Shown here: in pieces, positions 1-12,000 of the stretch
Numbering within the stretch: position 1 is the first letter of the stretch
Layout of the letters: each line of letters opens with the position of its first letter
Assembly (NCBI GenBank): GCA_964016885.1
Contig: OZ024756.1
Span: 1,488,001-1,552,000, forward strand
Source: Eledone cirrhosa
Taxonomy: Eukaryota
Reading direction: 5' to 3'
Length of the DNA: 64,000 nucleotides
The notes under the pieces: generated by a model
Databases searched by the model: none
The model's input: the letters and a program-made list of their open reading frames with translations, nothing else
Told to the model about the DNA's origin: nothing
Program-made: the position numbers and the translations under genes

Positions 1-3000
1 TGAAGTGTGCAGTGTCAGGGATCTGATCCTCTCTCTTGCTGTCTTCAGTACATCTATGAAGTGTGCAGTGTCAGTGATCTGGTCCTCTGTCTTGCTGTCT
101 TCAGTACATCTATGAAGTGTGCAGTGTCAGTGATCTGGTCCTCTGTCTTGCTGTCTTCAGTACATCTATGAAGTGTGCAGTGTCAGTAATCTGGTCCTCT
201 GTCTTGCTGTCTTCAATACATCTATGAAGTGTGCAGTGTCAGGGATCTGGTCCTCTGTCTTGCTGTCTTCAGTACATCTATGAAGTGTGCAGTGTCAGGG
301 ATCTGGTCCTCTGTCTTGCTGTCTTCAGTACATCTATGAAGTGTGCAGTGTCAGTGATCTGGTCCTCTGTCTTGCTGTCTTCAGTTCATCTATGAAGTGT
401 GCAGTGTCAGTGATCTGGTCCTCTGTCTTGCTGTCGTCGGTACATCTATGAATGTTGCAGTGTCAGTGATTTGGTCCTCTGTCTTGCTGTCTTCTGTTCA
501 TCTATGAAGTATGCAGTGTCAGTGATCTCGTCCTCTGTCATGCTGTCTTCACTACATCTATGAAGTGTGCAGTGTCAGTGATCTGGTTCTCTGTCTTGCT
601 GTCTTCAGTTCATTTATGAAGTGTGCAGTGTCAGTGATCTGGTCCTCTGTCTTGCTGTCTTCAGTACATCTATGAAGTGTGCAGTGTCAGGGATCTGGTC
701 CTCTGTCTTGCTGTCTTCAGTACATCTATGAAGTGTGCAGTGTCAGTGATCTGGTCCTCTGTCTTGCTGTCTTCAGTACATCTATGAAGTGTGCAGTGTC
801 AGGGATCTGGTCCTCTGTCTTGCTGTCTTCAGTACATCTATGAAGTGTGCAGTGTCAGGGATCTGATCCTCTGTCTTGCTGTCTTCAGTACATCTATGAA
901 GTGTGCAGTGTCAGTGATCTGGTCCTCTGTCTTGCTGTCTTCAGTACATCTATGAAGTGTGCAGTGTCAGTGATCTGGTCCTCTGTCTTGCTGTCTTCAG
1001 TACATCTATGAAGTGTGCCGTGTCAGTAATCTGGTCCTCTGTCTTGCTGTCTTCAATACATCTATGAAGTGTGCAGTGTCAGGGATCTGGTCCTCTGTCT
1101 TGCTGTCTTCAGTACATCTATGAAGTGTGCAGTGTCAGGGATCTGGTCCTCTGTCTTGCTGTCTTCAGTACATCTATGAAGTGTGCAGTGTCAGTGATCT
1201 GGTCCTCTGTCTTGCTGTCTTCAGTACATCCAAGAAGTGTGCAGTGTCAGTGATCTGGTCCTCTGTCTTGCTGTTTTCAGTACATCTATGAAGTGTGCAG
1301 TGTCAGTGATCTGGTCCTCTGTCTTGCTGTCGTCGGTACATCTATGAATTTTGCAGTGTCAGTGATTTGGTCCTCTGTCTTGCTGTCTTCAGTTCATCTA
1401 TGAAGTATGCAGTGTCAGTGATCTCGTCCTCTGTCTTGCTGTCTTCACTACATCTATGAAGTGTGCAGTGTCAGTGATCTGGTTCTCTGTCTTGCTGTCT
1501 TCAGTTCATTTATGAAGTGTGCAGTGTCAGTGATCTGGTCCTCTGTCTTGCTGTCTTCAGTACATCTATGAAGTGTGCAGTGTCAGTAATCTGGTCCTCT
1601 GTCTTGCTGTCTTCAGTTCATCTATGAAGTGTGCAGTGTCAGTGATTTGGTCCTCTGTCTTGCTGTCTTCACTACATCTATGAAGTGTGCAGTGTCAGTG
1701 ATCTGGTCCTTTGTCTTGCTGTCTTCAGTTCATCTATGAAGTGTGCAGTGTCAGTGATCTGGTCCTCTGTCTTGCTGTCTTCAGTACATCTATGAAGTGT
1801 GCAGTGTCAGGGATCTGGTCCTCTGTCTTGCTGTCTTCAGTACATCTATGAAGTGTGCAGTGTCATGGATCTGGTCCTCTGTCTTGCTGTCTTCAGTACA
1901 TCTATGAAGTGTGCAGTGTCAGTGATCTGGTCCTCTGTCTTGCTGTCTTCAGTACATCTATGAAGTGTGCAGTGTCAGTGATCTGGTCCGCTGTCTTGCT
2001 GTCTTCAGTACATCTATGAAGTGTGCAGTGTCAGTAATCTGGTCCTCTGTCTTGCTGTCTTCAGTACATCTATGAAGTGTGCAGTGTCAGGGATCTGGTC
2101 CTCTCTCTTGCTGTCTTCAGTACATCTATGAAGTGTGCAGTGTCAGTGATCTGGTCCTCTGTCTTGCTGTCTTCAGTTCATCTATGAAGTGTGCAGTGTC
2201 AGTGATCTGGTCCTCTGTCTTGCTGTCTTCAGTACATCTATGAAGTGTGCAGTGTCAGGGATCTGGTCCTCTGTCTTGCTGTCTTCAGTACATCTATGAA
2301 GTGTGCAGTGTCAGGGATCTGGTCCTCTGTCTTGCTGTCTTCAGTACATCTATGAAGTGTGCAGTGTCAGTGATCTGGTCCTCTGTCTTGCTGTCTTCAG
2401 TACATCCAAGAAGTGTGCAGTGTCAGTGATCTGGTCCTCTGTCTTGCTGTCTTCAGTACATCTATGATGTGTGCAGTGTCAGTGATCTGGTCCTCTGTCT
2501 TGCTGTCTTCAGTTCATCTATGAAGTGTGCAGTGTCAGTGATCTGGTCCTCTGTCTTGCTGTCTTCAGTTCGTCTATGAAGTGTGCAGTGTCAGTGATCT
2601 GGTCCTCTGTCTTGCTGTCTTCAGTTCATCCATGAAGTGTGCAGTGTCAGTGATCTGGTCCTCTGTCTTGCTGTTTTCAGTTCATCTATGAAGTGTGCAG
2701 TGTCAGTGATCTGGTCCTCTGTCTTGCTGTCTTCGGTACATCTATGAAGTGTGCAGTGTCAGTGATTTGGTCCTCTGTCTTGCTGTCTTCAGTTCATCTA
2801 TGAAGTGTGCAGTGTCAGTGATCTAGTCCTCTTTCTTGCTGTCTTCAGTTCATCTATGAAGTGTGCAGTGTCAGTGATCTAGTCCTCTGTCTTGCCGTCT
2901 TCAGTACATATATGAAGTGTGCAGTGTCAGTGATCCCGTCCTCTGTCTTGCTGTCTTCAGTTCATCTATGAAGTGTGCAGTGTCAGTGATCTCGTCCTCT

Positions 3001-6000
3001 ATCTTGCTGTCTTCAGTTCATCTATGAAGTGTGCAGTGTCAGTGATCTGGTCCTCTGTCTTGCTGTCTTCAGTTCATCTATGAAGTGTGCAGTGTCAGTG
3101 ATCTCGTCCTCTGTCTTGCTGTCTTCAGTACATCTATGAAGTGTGCAGTGTCAGTGATCTGGTCCTCTGTCTTGCTGTCTTCAGTACATCTATGAAGTGT
3201 GCAGTGTCAGGGATCTGGTCCTCTGTCTTGCTGTCTTCAGTACATCTATGAAGTGTGCAGTGTCAGGGATCTGGTCCTCTGTCTTGATATCTTCAGTACA
3301 TCTATGAAGTGTGCAGTGTCAGGGATCTGGTCCTCTGTCTTGCTGTCTTCAGTACATCTATGAAGTGTGCAGTGTCAGTGATCTGGTCCTCTGTCTTGCT
3401 GTCTTCAGTATATCTATGAAGTGTGCAGTGTCAGTGATCTGTTCCTCTGTCTTGCTGTCTTCAGTACATCTATGAAGTGTGCAGTGTCAGTAATCTGGTC
3501 CTCTGTCTTGCTGTCTTCAGTACATCTATGAAGTGTGCAGTGTCAGGGATCTGGTCCTCTGTCTTGCTGTCTTCAGTACATCTATGAAGTGTGCAGTGGC
3601 AGGGATCTGGTCCTCTGTCTTGCTGTCTTCAGTACATCTATGAAGTGTGCAGTGTCAGTGATCTGGTCCTCTGTCTTGCTGTCTCCGGTACATCTATGAA
3701 GTGTGCAGTGTCAGTGATTTGGTCCTCTGTCTTGCTGTCTTCACTACATCTATGAAGTGTGCAGTGTCAGTGATCTGGTCCTTTGTCTTGCTGTCTTCAG
3801 TACATCTATGAAGTGTGCAGTGTCAGTAATCTGGTCCTCTGTCTTGCTGTCTTCAGTACATCTATGAAGTGTGCAGTGTCAGGGATCTGGTCCTCTGTCT
3901 TGCTGTCTTCAGTACATCTATGAAGTGTGCAGTGTCAGTGATCTGGTCCTCTGTCTTGCTGTCTTCAGTACATCTATGAAGTGTGCAGTGTCAGTGATCT
4001 GGTCCTCTGTCTTGCTGTCTACAGTACATCCAAGAAGTGTGCAGTGTCAGTGATCTGGTCCTCTGTCTTGCTGTCTTCAGTACATCTATGAAGTGTGCAG
4101 TGTCAGGGATCTGGTCCTCTGTCTTGCTGTCTTCAGTACATCTATGAAGTGTGCAGTGTCAGGGATCTGGTCCTCTGTCTTGCTGTCTTCAGTACATCTA
4201 TGAAGTGTGCAGTGTCAGTGATCTGGTCCTCTGTCTTGCTGTCTTCAGTATATCTATGAAGTGTGCAGTGTCAGTGATCTGGTCCTCTGTCTTGCTGTCT
4301 TCAGTACATCTATGAAGTGTGCAGTGTCAGTAATCTGGTCCTCTGTCTTGCTGTCTTCAGTACATCTATGAAGTGTGCAGTGTCAGGGATCTGGTCCTCT
4401 GTCTTGCTGTCTTCAGTACATCTATGAAGTGTGCAGTGGCAGGGATCTGGTCCTCTGTCTTGCTGTATTCAGTACATCTATGAAGTGTGCAGTGTCAGTG
4501 ATCTGGTCCTCTGTCTTGCTGTCTTCAGTACATCCAAGAAATGTGCAGTGTCAGTGATCTGGTCCTCTGTCTTGCTGTTTTCAGTACATCTATGAAGTGT
4601 GCAGTGTCAGTGATCTGGTCCCCTGTCTTGCTGTCTTCAGTTCATCTATGAAGTGTGCAGTGTCAAAGATCTGGTCCTCTGTCTTGCTGTCTTCAGTTCA
4701 TCTATGAAGTGTGCAGTGTCAGTGATCTGGTCCTCTGTCTTGCTGTCTTCAGTTCATCCATGAAGTGTGCAGTGTCAGTGATCTGGTCCTCTGTCTTGCT
4801 GTCTTCAGTTCATTTATGAAGTGTGCAGTGTCAGTGATCTGGTCCTCTGTCTTGCTGTCGTCGGTACATCTATGAATTTTGCAGTGTCAGTGATTTGGTC
4901 CTCTGTCTTGCTGTCTTCAGTTCATCTATGAAGTATGCAGTGTCAGTGATCTCGTCCTCTGTCTTGCTGTCTTCACTACATCTATGAAGTGTGGAGTGTC
5001 AGTGATCTGGTTCTCTGTCTTGCTGTCTTCAGTTCATTTATGAAGTGTGCAGTGTCAGTGATCTGGTCCTCTGTCTTGCTGTCTTCAGTACATCTATGAA
5101 GTGTGCAGTGTCAGGGATCTGGTCCTCTGTCTTGCTGTCTTCAGTACATCTATGAAGTGTGCAGTGTCAGGGATCTGGTCCTCTGTCTTGCTGTCTTCAG
5201 TACATCTATGAAGTGTGCAGTGTCAGTGATCTGGTCCTCTGTCTTGCTGTCTTCAGTACATCTATGAAGTGTGCAGTGTCAGTGATCTGGTCCTCTGTCT
5301 TGCTGTCTTCAGTACATCTATGAAGTGTGCAGTGTCAGTAATCTGGTCCTCTGTCTTGCTGTCTTCAGTTCATCTATGAAGTGTGCAGTGTCAGTGATCT
5401 GGTCCTCTGTCTTGCTGTCTGCGGTACATCTATGATGTGTGCAGTGTCAGTGATTTGGTCCTGTGTCTTGCTGTCTTCACTACATCTATGAAGTGTGCAG
5501 TGTCAGTGATCTGGTCCTTTGTCTTGCTGTCTTCAGTACATCTATGAAGTGTGCAGTGTCAGTAATCTGGTCCTCTGTCTTGCTGTCTTCAGTACATCTA
5601 TGAAGTGTGCAGTGTCAGGGATCTGGTCCTCTGTCTTGCTGTCTTCAGTACATCTATGAAGTGTGCAGTGTCAGTGATCTGGTCCTCTGTCTTGCTGTCT
5701 TCAGTACATCCAAGAAGTGTGCAGTGTCAGTGATCTGGTCCTCTGTCTTGCTGTCTTCAGTACATCTATGAAGTGTGCAGTGTCAGTGATCTGGTCCTCT
5801 GTCTTGCTGTCTTCAGTTCATCTATGAAGTGTGCAGTGTCAAAGATCTGGTCCTCTGTCTTGCTGTCTTCAGTTCATCTATGAAGTGTGCAGTGTCAGTG
5901 ATCTGGTCCTCTGTCTTGCTGTCTTCAGTTCATCCATGAAGTGTGCAGTGTCAGTGATCTGGTCCTCTGTCTTGCTGTCTTCAGTTCATCTATGAAGTGT

Positions 6001-9000
6001 GCAGTGTCAGTGATCTGGTCCTCTGTCTTGCTGTCGTCGGTACATCTATGAATTTTGCAGTGTCAGTGATTTGGTCCTCTGTCTTGCTGTCTTCAGTTCA
6101 TCTATGAAGTATGCAGTGTCAGTGATCTCGTCCTCTGTCTTGCTGTCTTCACTACATCTATGAAGTGTGCAGTGTCAGTGATCTGGTTCTCTGTCTTGCT
6201 GTCTTCAGTTCATTTATGAAGTGTGCAGTGTCAGTGATCTGGTCCTCTGTCTTGCTGTCTTCAGTACATCTATGAAGTGTGCAGTGTCAGTGATCTGGTC
6301 CTCTGTCTTGCTGTCTTCAGTACATCTATGAAGTGTGCAGTGTCAGTGATCTGGTCCTCTGTCTTGCTGTCTTCAGTACATCTATGAAGTGTGCAGTGTC
6401 AGTAATCTGGTCCTCTGTCTTGCTGTCTTCAGTTCATCTATGAAGTGTGCAGTGTCAGTGATTTGGTCCTCTATCTTGCTGTCTTCACTACATCTATGAA
6501 GTGTGCAGTGTCAGTGCTCTGGTCCTTTGTCTTGCTGTCTTCAGTTCATCTATGAAGTGTGCAGTGTCAGTGATCTGGTCCTCTGTCTTGCTGTCTTCAG
6601 TACATCTATGAAGTGTGCAGTGTCAGGGATCTGGTCCTCTGTCTTGCTGTCTTCAGTACATCTATGAAGTGTGCAGTGTCAGGGATCTGGTCCTCTGTCT
6701 TGCTGTCTTCAGTACATCTATGAAGTGTGCAGTGTCAGTGATCTGGTCCTCTGTCTTGCTGTCTTCAGTACATCTATGAAGTGTGCAGTGTCAGTGATCT
6801 GGTCCTCTGTCTTGCTGTCTTCAGTACATCTATGAAGTGTGCAGTGTCAGTAATCTGGTCCTCTGTCTTGCTGTCTTCAGTACATCTATGAAGTGTGCAG
6901 TGTCAGGGATCTGGTCCTCTGTCTTGCTGTCTTCAGTACATCTATGAAGTGTGCAGTGTCAGGGATCTGGTCCTCTGTCTTGCTGTCTTCAGTACATCTA
7001 TGAAGTGTGCAGTGTCAGTGATCTGGTCCTCTGTCTTGCTGTCTTCAGTTCATCTATGAAGTGTGCAGTGTCAGTGATCTGGTCCTCTGTCTTGCTGTCT
7101 TCAGTACATCTATGAAGTGTGCAGTGTCAGGGATCTGGTCCTCTGTCTTGCTGTCTTCAGTACATCTATGAAGTGTGCAGTGTCAGGGATCTGGTCCTCT
7201 GTCTTGCTGTCTTCAGTACATCTATGAAGTGTGCAGTGTCAGTGATCTGGTCCTCTGTCTTGCTGTCTTCAGTACATCCAAGAAGTGTGCAGTGTCAGTG
7301 ATCTGGTCCTCTGTCTTGCTGTCTTCAGTACATCTATGAAGTGTGCAGTGTCAGTGATCTGGTCCTCTGTCTTGCTGTCTTCAGTTCATCTATGAAGTGT
7401 GCAGTGTCAGTGATCTGGTCCTCTGTCTTGCTGTCTTCAGTTCGTCTATGAAGTGTGCAGTGTCAGTGATCTGGTCCTCTGTCTTGCTGTCTTCAGTTCA
7501 TCCATGAAGTGTGCAGTGTCAGTGATCTGGTCCTCTGTCTTGCTGTTTTCAGTTCATCTATGAAGTGTGCAGTGTCAGTGATCTGGTCCTCTGTCTTGCT
7601 GTCTTCGGTACATCTATGAAGTGTGCAGTGTCAGTGATTTGGTCCTCTGCCTTGCTGTCTTCAGTTCATCTATGAAGTGTGCAGTGTCAGTGATCTAGTC
7701 CTCTGTCTTGCTGTCTTCGGTACATATATGAAGTGTGCAGTGTCAGTGATCTAGTCCTCTGTCTTGCCGTCTTCAGTACATATATGAAGTGTGCAGTGTC
7801 AGTGATCCCGTCCTCTGTCTTGCTGTCTTCAGTTCATCTATGAAGTGTGCAGTGTCAGTGATCTCGTCCTCCGTCTTGCTGTCTTCAGTTCATCTATGAA
7901 GTGTGCAGTGTCAGTGATCTGGTCCTTTGTCTTGCTGTCTTCAGTTCATCTATGAAGTGTGCAGTGTCAGTGATCTGGTCCTCTGTCTTGCTGTCTTCAG
8001 TACATCTATGAAGTGTGCAGTGTCAGGGATCTGGTCCTCTGTCTTGCTGTCTTCAGTACATCTATGAAGTGTGCAGTGTCAGGGATCTGGTCCTCTGTCT
8101 TGCTGTCTTCAGTACATCTATGAAGTGTGCAGTGTCAGTGATCTGGTCCTCTGTCTTGCTGTCTTCAGTATATCTATGAAGTGTGCAGTGTCAGTGATCT
8201 GGTCCTCTGTCTTGCTGTCTTCAGTACATCTATGAAGTGTGCAGTGTCAGTAATCTGGTCCTCTGTCTTGCTGTCTTCAGTACATCTATGAAGTGTGCAG
8301 TGTCAGGGATCTGGTCCTCTGTCTTGCTGTCTTCAGTACATCTATGAAGTGTGCAGTGGCAGGGATCTGGTCCTCTGTCTTGCTGTCTTCAGTACATCCA
8401 AGAAGTGTGCAGTGTCAGTGATCTGGTCCTCTGTCTTGCTGTCTTCAGTTCATCCATGAAGTGTGCAGTGTCAGTGATCTGGTCCTCTGTCTTGCTGTCT
8501 TCAGTTCATCTATGAAGTGTGCAGTGTCAGTGATCTGGTCCTCTGTCTTGCTGTCGTCGGTACATCTATGAATTTTGCAGTGTCAGTGATTTGGTCCTCT
8601 GTCTTGCTGTCTTCAGTTCATCCATGAAGTGTGCAGTGTCAGTGATCTGGTCCTCTGTCTTGCTGTCTTCAGTTCATCTATGAAGTGTGCAGTGTCAGTG
8701 ATCTGGTCCTCTGTCTTGCTGTCGTCGGTACATCTATGAATTTTGCAGTGTCAGTGATTTGGTCCTCTGTCTTGCTGTCTTCAGTTCATCTATGAAGTAT
8801 GCAGTGTCAGTGATCTCGTCCTCTGTCTTGCTGTCTTCACTACATCTATGAAGTGTGCAGTGTCAGTGATCTGGTTCTCTGTCTTGCTGTCTTCAGTTCA
8901 TTTATGAAGTGTGCAGTGTCAGTGATCTGGTCCTCTGTCTTGCTGTCTTCAGTACATCTATGAAGTGTGCAGTGTCAGGGATCTGGTCCTCTGTCTTGCT

Positions 9001-12000
9001 GTCTTCAGTACATCTATGAAGTGTGCAGTGTCAGGGATCTGGTCCTCTGTCTTGCTGTCTTCAGTACATCTATGAAGTGTGCAGTGTCAGTGATCTGGTC
9101 CTCTGTCTTGCTGTCTTCAGTACATCTATGAAGTGTGCAGTGTCAGTGATCTGGTCCTCTGTCTTGCTGTCTTCAGTACATCTATGAAGTGTGCAGTGTC
9201 AGTAATCTGGTCCTCTGTCTTGCTGTCTTCAGTTCATCTATGAAGTGTGCAGTGTCAGTGATCTGGTCCTCTGTCTTGCTGTCTGCGGTACATCTATGAT
9301 GTGTGCAGTGTCAGTGATTTGGTCCTGTGTCTTGCTGTCTTCACTACATCTATGAAGTGTGCAGTGTCAGTGATCTGGTCCTTTGTCTTGCTGTCTTCAG
9401 TACATCTATGAAGTGTGCAGTGTCAGTAATCTGGTCCTCTGTCTTGCTGTCTTCAGTACATCTATGAAGTGTGCAGTGTCAGGGATCTGGTCCTCTGTCT
9501 TGCTGTCTTCAGTACATCTATGAAGTGTGCAGTGTCAGTGATCTGGTCCTCTGTCTTGCTGTCTTCAGTACATCCAAGAAGTGTGCAGTGTCAGTGATCT
9601 GGTCCTCTGTCTTGCTGTCTTCAGTACATCTATGAAGTGTGCAGTGTCAGTGATCTGGTCCTCTGTCTTGCTGTCTTCAGTTCATCTATGAAGTGTGCAG
9701 TGTCAAAGATCTGGTCCTCTGTCTTGCTGTCTTCAGTTCATCTATGAAGTGTGCAGTGTCAGTGATCTGGTCCTCTGTCTTGCTGTCTTCAGTTCATCCA
9801 TGAAGTGTGCAGTGTCAGTGATCTGGTCCTCTGTCTTGCTGTCTTCAGTTCATCTATGAAGTGTGCAGTGTCAGTGATCTGGTCCTCTGTCTTGCTGTCG
9901 TCGGTACATCTATGAATTTTGCAGTGTCAGTGATTTGGTCCTCTGTCTTGCTGTCTTCAGTTCATCTATGAAGTATGCAGTGTCAGTGATCTCGTCCTCT
10001 GTCTTGCTGTCTTCACTACATCTATGAAGTGTGCAGTGTCAGTGATCTGGTTCTCTGTCTTGCTGTCTTCAGTTCATTTATGAAGTGTGCAGTGTCAGTG
10101 ATCTGGTCCTCTGTCTTGCTGTCTTCAGTACATCTATGAAGTGTGCAGTGTCAGTGATCTGGTCCTCTGTCTTGCTGTCTTCAGTACATCTATGAAGTGT
10201 GCAGTGTCAGTGATCTGGTCCTCTGTCTTGCTGTCTTCAGTACATCTATGAAGTGTGCAGTGTCAGTAATCTGGTCCTCTGTCTTGCTGTCTTCAGTTCA
10301 TCTATGAAGTGTGCAGTGTCAGTGATTTGGTCCTCTATCTTGCTGTCTTCACTACATCTATGAAGTGTGCAGTGTCAGTGATCTGGTCCTTTGTCTTGCT
10401 GTCTTCAGTTCATCTATGAAGTGTGCAGTGTCAGTGATCTGGTCCTCTGTCTTGCTGTCTTCAGTACATCTATGAAGTGTGCAGTGTCAGGGATCTGGTC
10501 CTCTGTCTTGCTGTCTTCAGTACATCTATGAAGTGTGCAGTGTCAGGGATCTGGTCCTCTGTCTTGCTGTCTTCAGTACATCTATGAAGTGTGCAGTGTC
10601 AGTGATCTGGTCCTCTGTCTTGCTGTCTTCAGTACATCTATGAAGTGTGCAGTGTCAGTGATCTGGTCCTCTGTCTTGCTGTCTTCAGTACATCTATGAA
10701 GTGTGCAGTGTCAGTAATCTGGTCCTCTGTCTTGCTGTCTTCAGTACATCTATGAAGTGTGCAGTGTCAGGGATCTGGTCCTCTGTCTTGCTGTCTTCAG
10801 TACATCTATGAAGTGTGCAGTGTCAGGGATCTGGTCCTCTGTCTTGCTGTCTTCAGTACATCTATGAAGTGTGCAGTGTCAGTGATCTGGTCCTCTGTCT
10901 TGCTGTCTTCAGTTCATCTATGAAGTGTGCAGTGTCAGTGATCTGGTCCTCTGTCTTGCTGTCTTCAGTACATCTATGAAGTGTGCAGTGTCAGGGATCT
11001 GGTCCTCTGTCTTGCTGTCTTCAGTACATCTATGAAGTGTGCAGTGTCAGGGATCTGGTCCTCTGTCTTGCTGTCTTCAGTACATCTATGAAGTGTGCAG
11101 TGTCAGTGATCTGGTCCTCTGTCTTGCTGTCTTCAGTACATCCAAGAAGTGTGCAGTGTCAGTGATCTGGTCCTCTGTCTTGCTGTCTTCAGTACATCTA
11201 TGAAGTGTGCAGTGTCAGTGATCTGGTCCTCTGTCTTGCTGTCTTCAGTTCATCTATGAAGTGTGCAGTGTCAGTGATCTGGTCCTCTGTCTTGCTGTCT
11301 TCAGTTCGTCTATGAAGTGTGCAGTGTCAGTGATCTGGTCCTCTGTCTTGCTGTCTTCAGTTCATCCATGAAGTGTGCAGTGTCAGTGATCTGGTCCTCT
11401 GTCTTGCTGTTTTCAGTTCATCTATGAAGTGTGCAGTGTCAGTGATCTGGTCCTCTGTCTTGCTGTCTTCGGTACATCTATGAAGTGTGCAGTGTCAGTG
11501 ATTTGGTCCTCTGCCTTGCTGTCTTCAGTTCATCTATGAAGTGTGCAGTGTCAGTGATCTAGTCCTCTGTCTTGCTGTCTTCGGTACATATATGAAGTGT
11601 GCAGTGTCAGTGATCTAGTCCTCTGTCTTGCCGTCTTCAGTACATATATGAAGTGTGCAGTGTCAGTGATCCCGTCCTCTGTCTTGCTGTCTTCAGTTCA
11701 TCTATGAAGTGTGCAGTGTCAGTGATCTCGTCCTCCGTCTTGCTGTCTTCAGTTCATCTATGAAGTGTGCAGTGTCAGTGATCTGGTCCTTTGTCTTGCT
11801 GTCTTCAGTTCATCTATGAAGTGTGCAGTGTCAGTGATCTCGTCCTCTGTCTTGCTGTCTTCAGTACATCTATGAAGTGTGCAGTGTCAGTGATCTGGTC
11901 CTCTGTGTTGCTGTCTTCAGTACATCTATGAAGTGTGCAGTGTCAGGGATCTGGTCCTCTGTCTTGCTGTCTTCAGTTCATCTATGAAGTGTGCAGTGTC

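Noticed and set aside
98-104. Hammerhead ribozyme satellite: the minus strand has CTGAAGA, matching the CUGANGA core, as in newt and schistosome satellites
   Set aside because: The required GAAA core segment is absent from the consensus on both strands, and I could not build stems I-III around the motif. A covariance-model search (Rfam hammerhead models on a dimer) would settle it.
57-168. Tandem snoRNA, miRNA or tRNA-derived cluster
   Set aside because: There is no RUGAUGA box C paired with a terminal CUGA, no long hairpin (only 5-bp stems), and no recognisable Pol III A/B boxes or cloverleaf.
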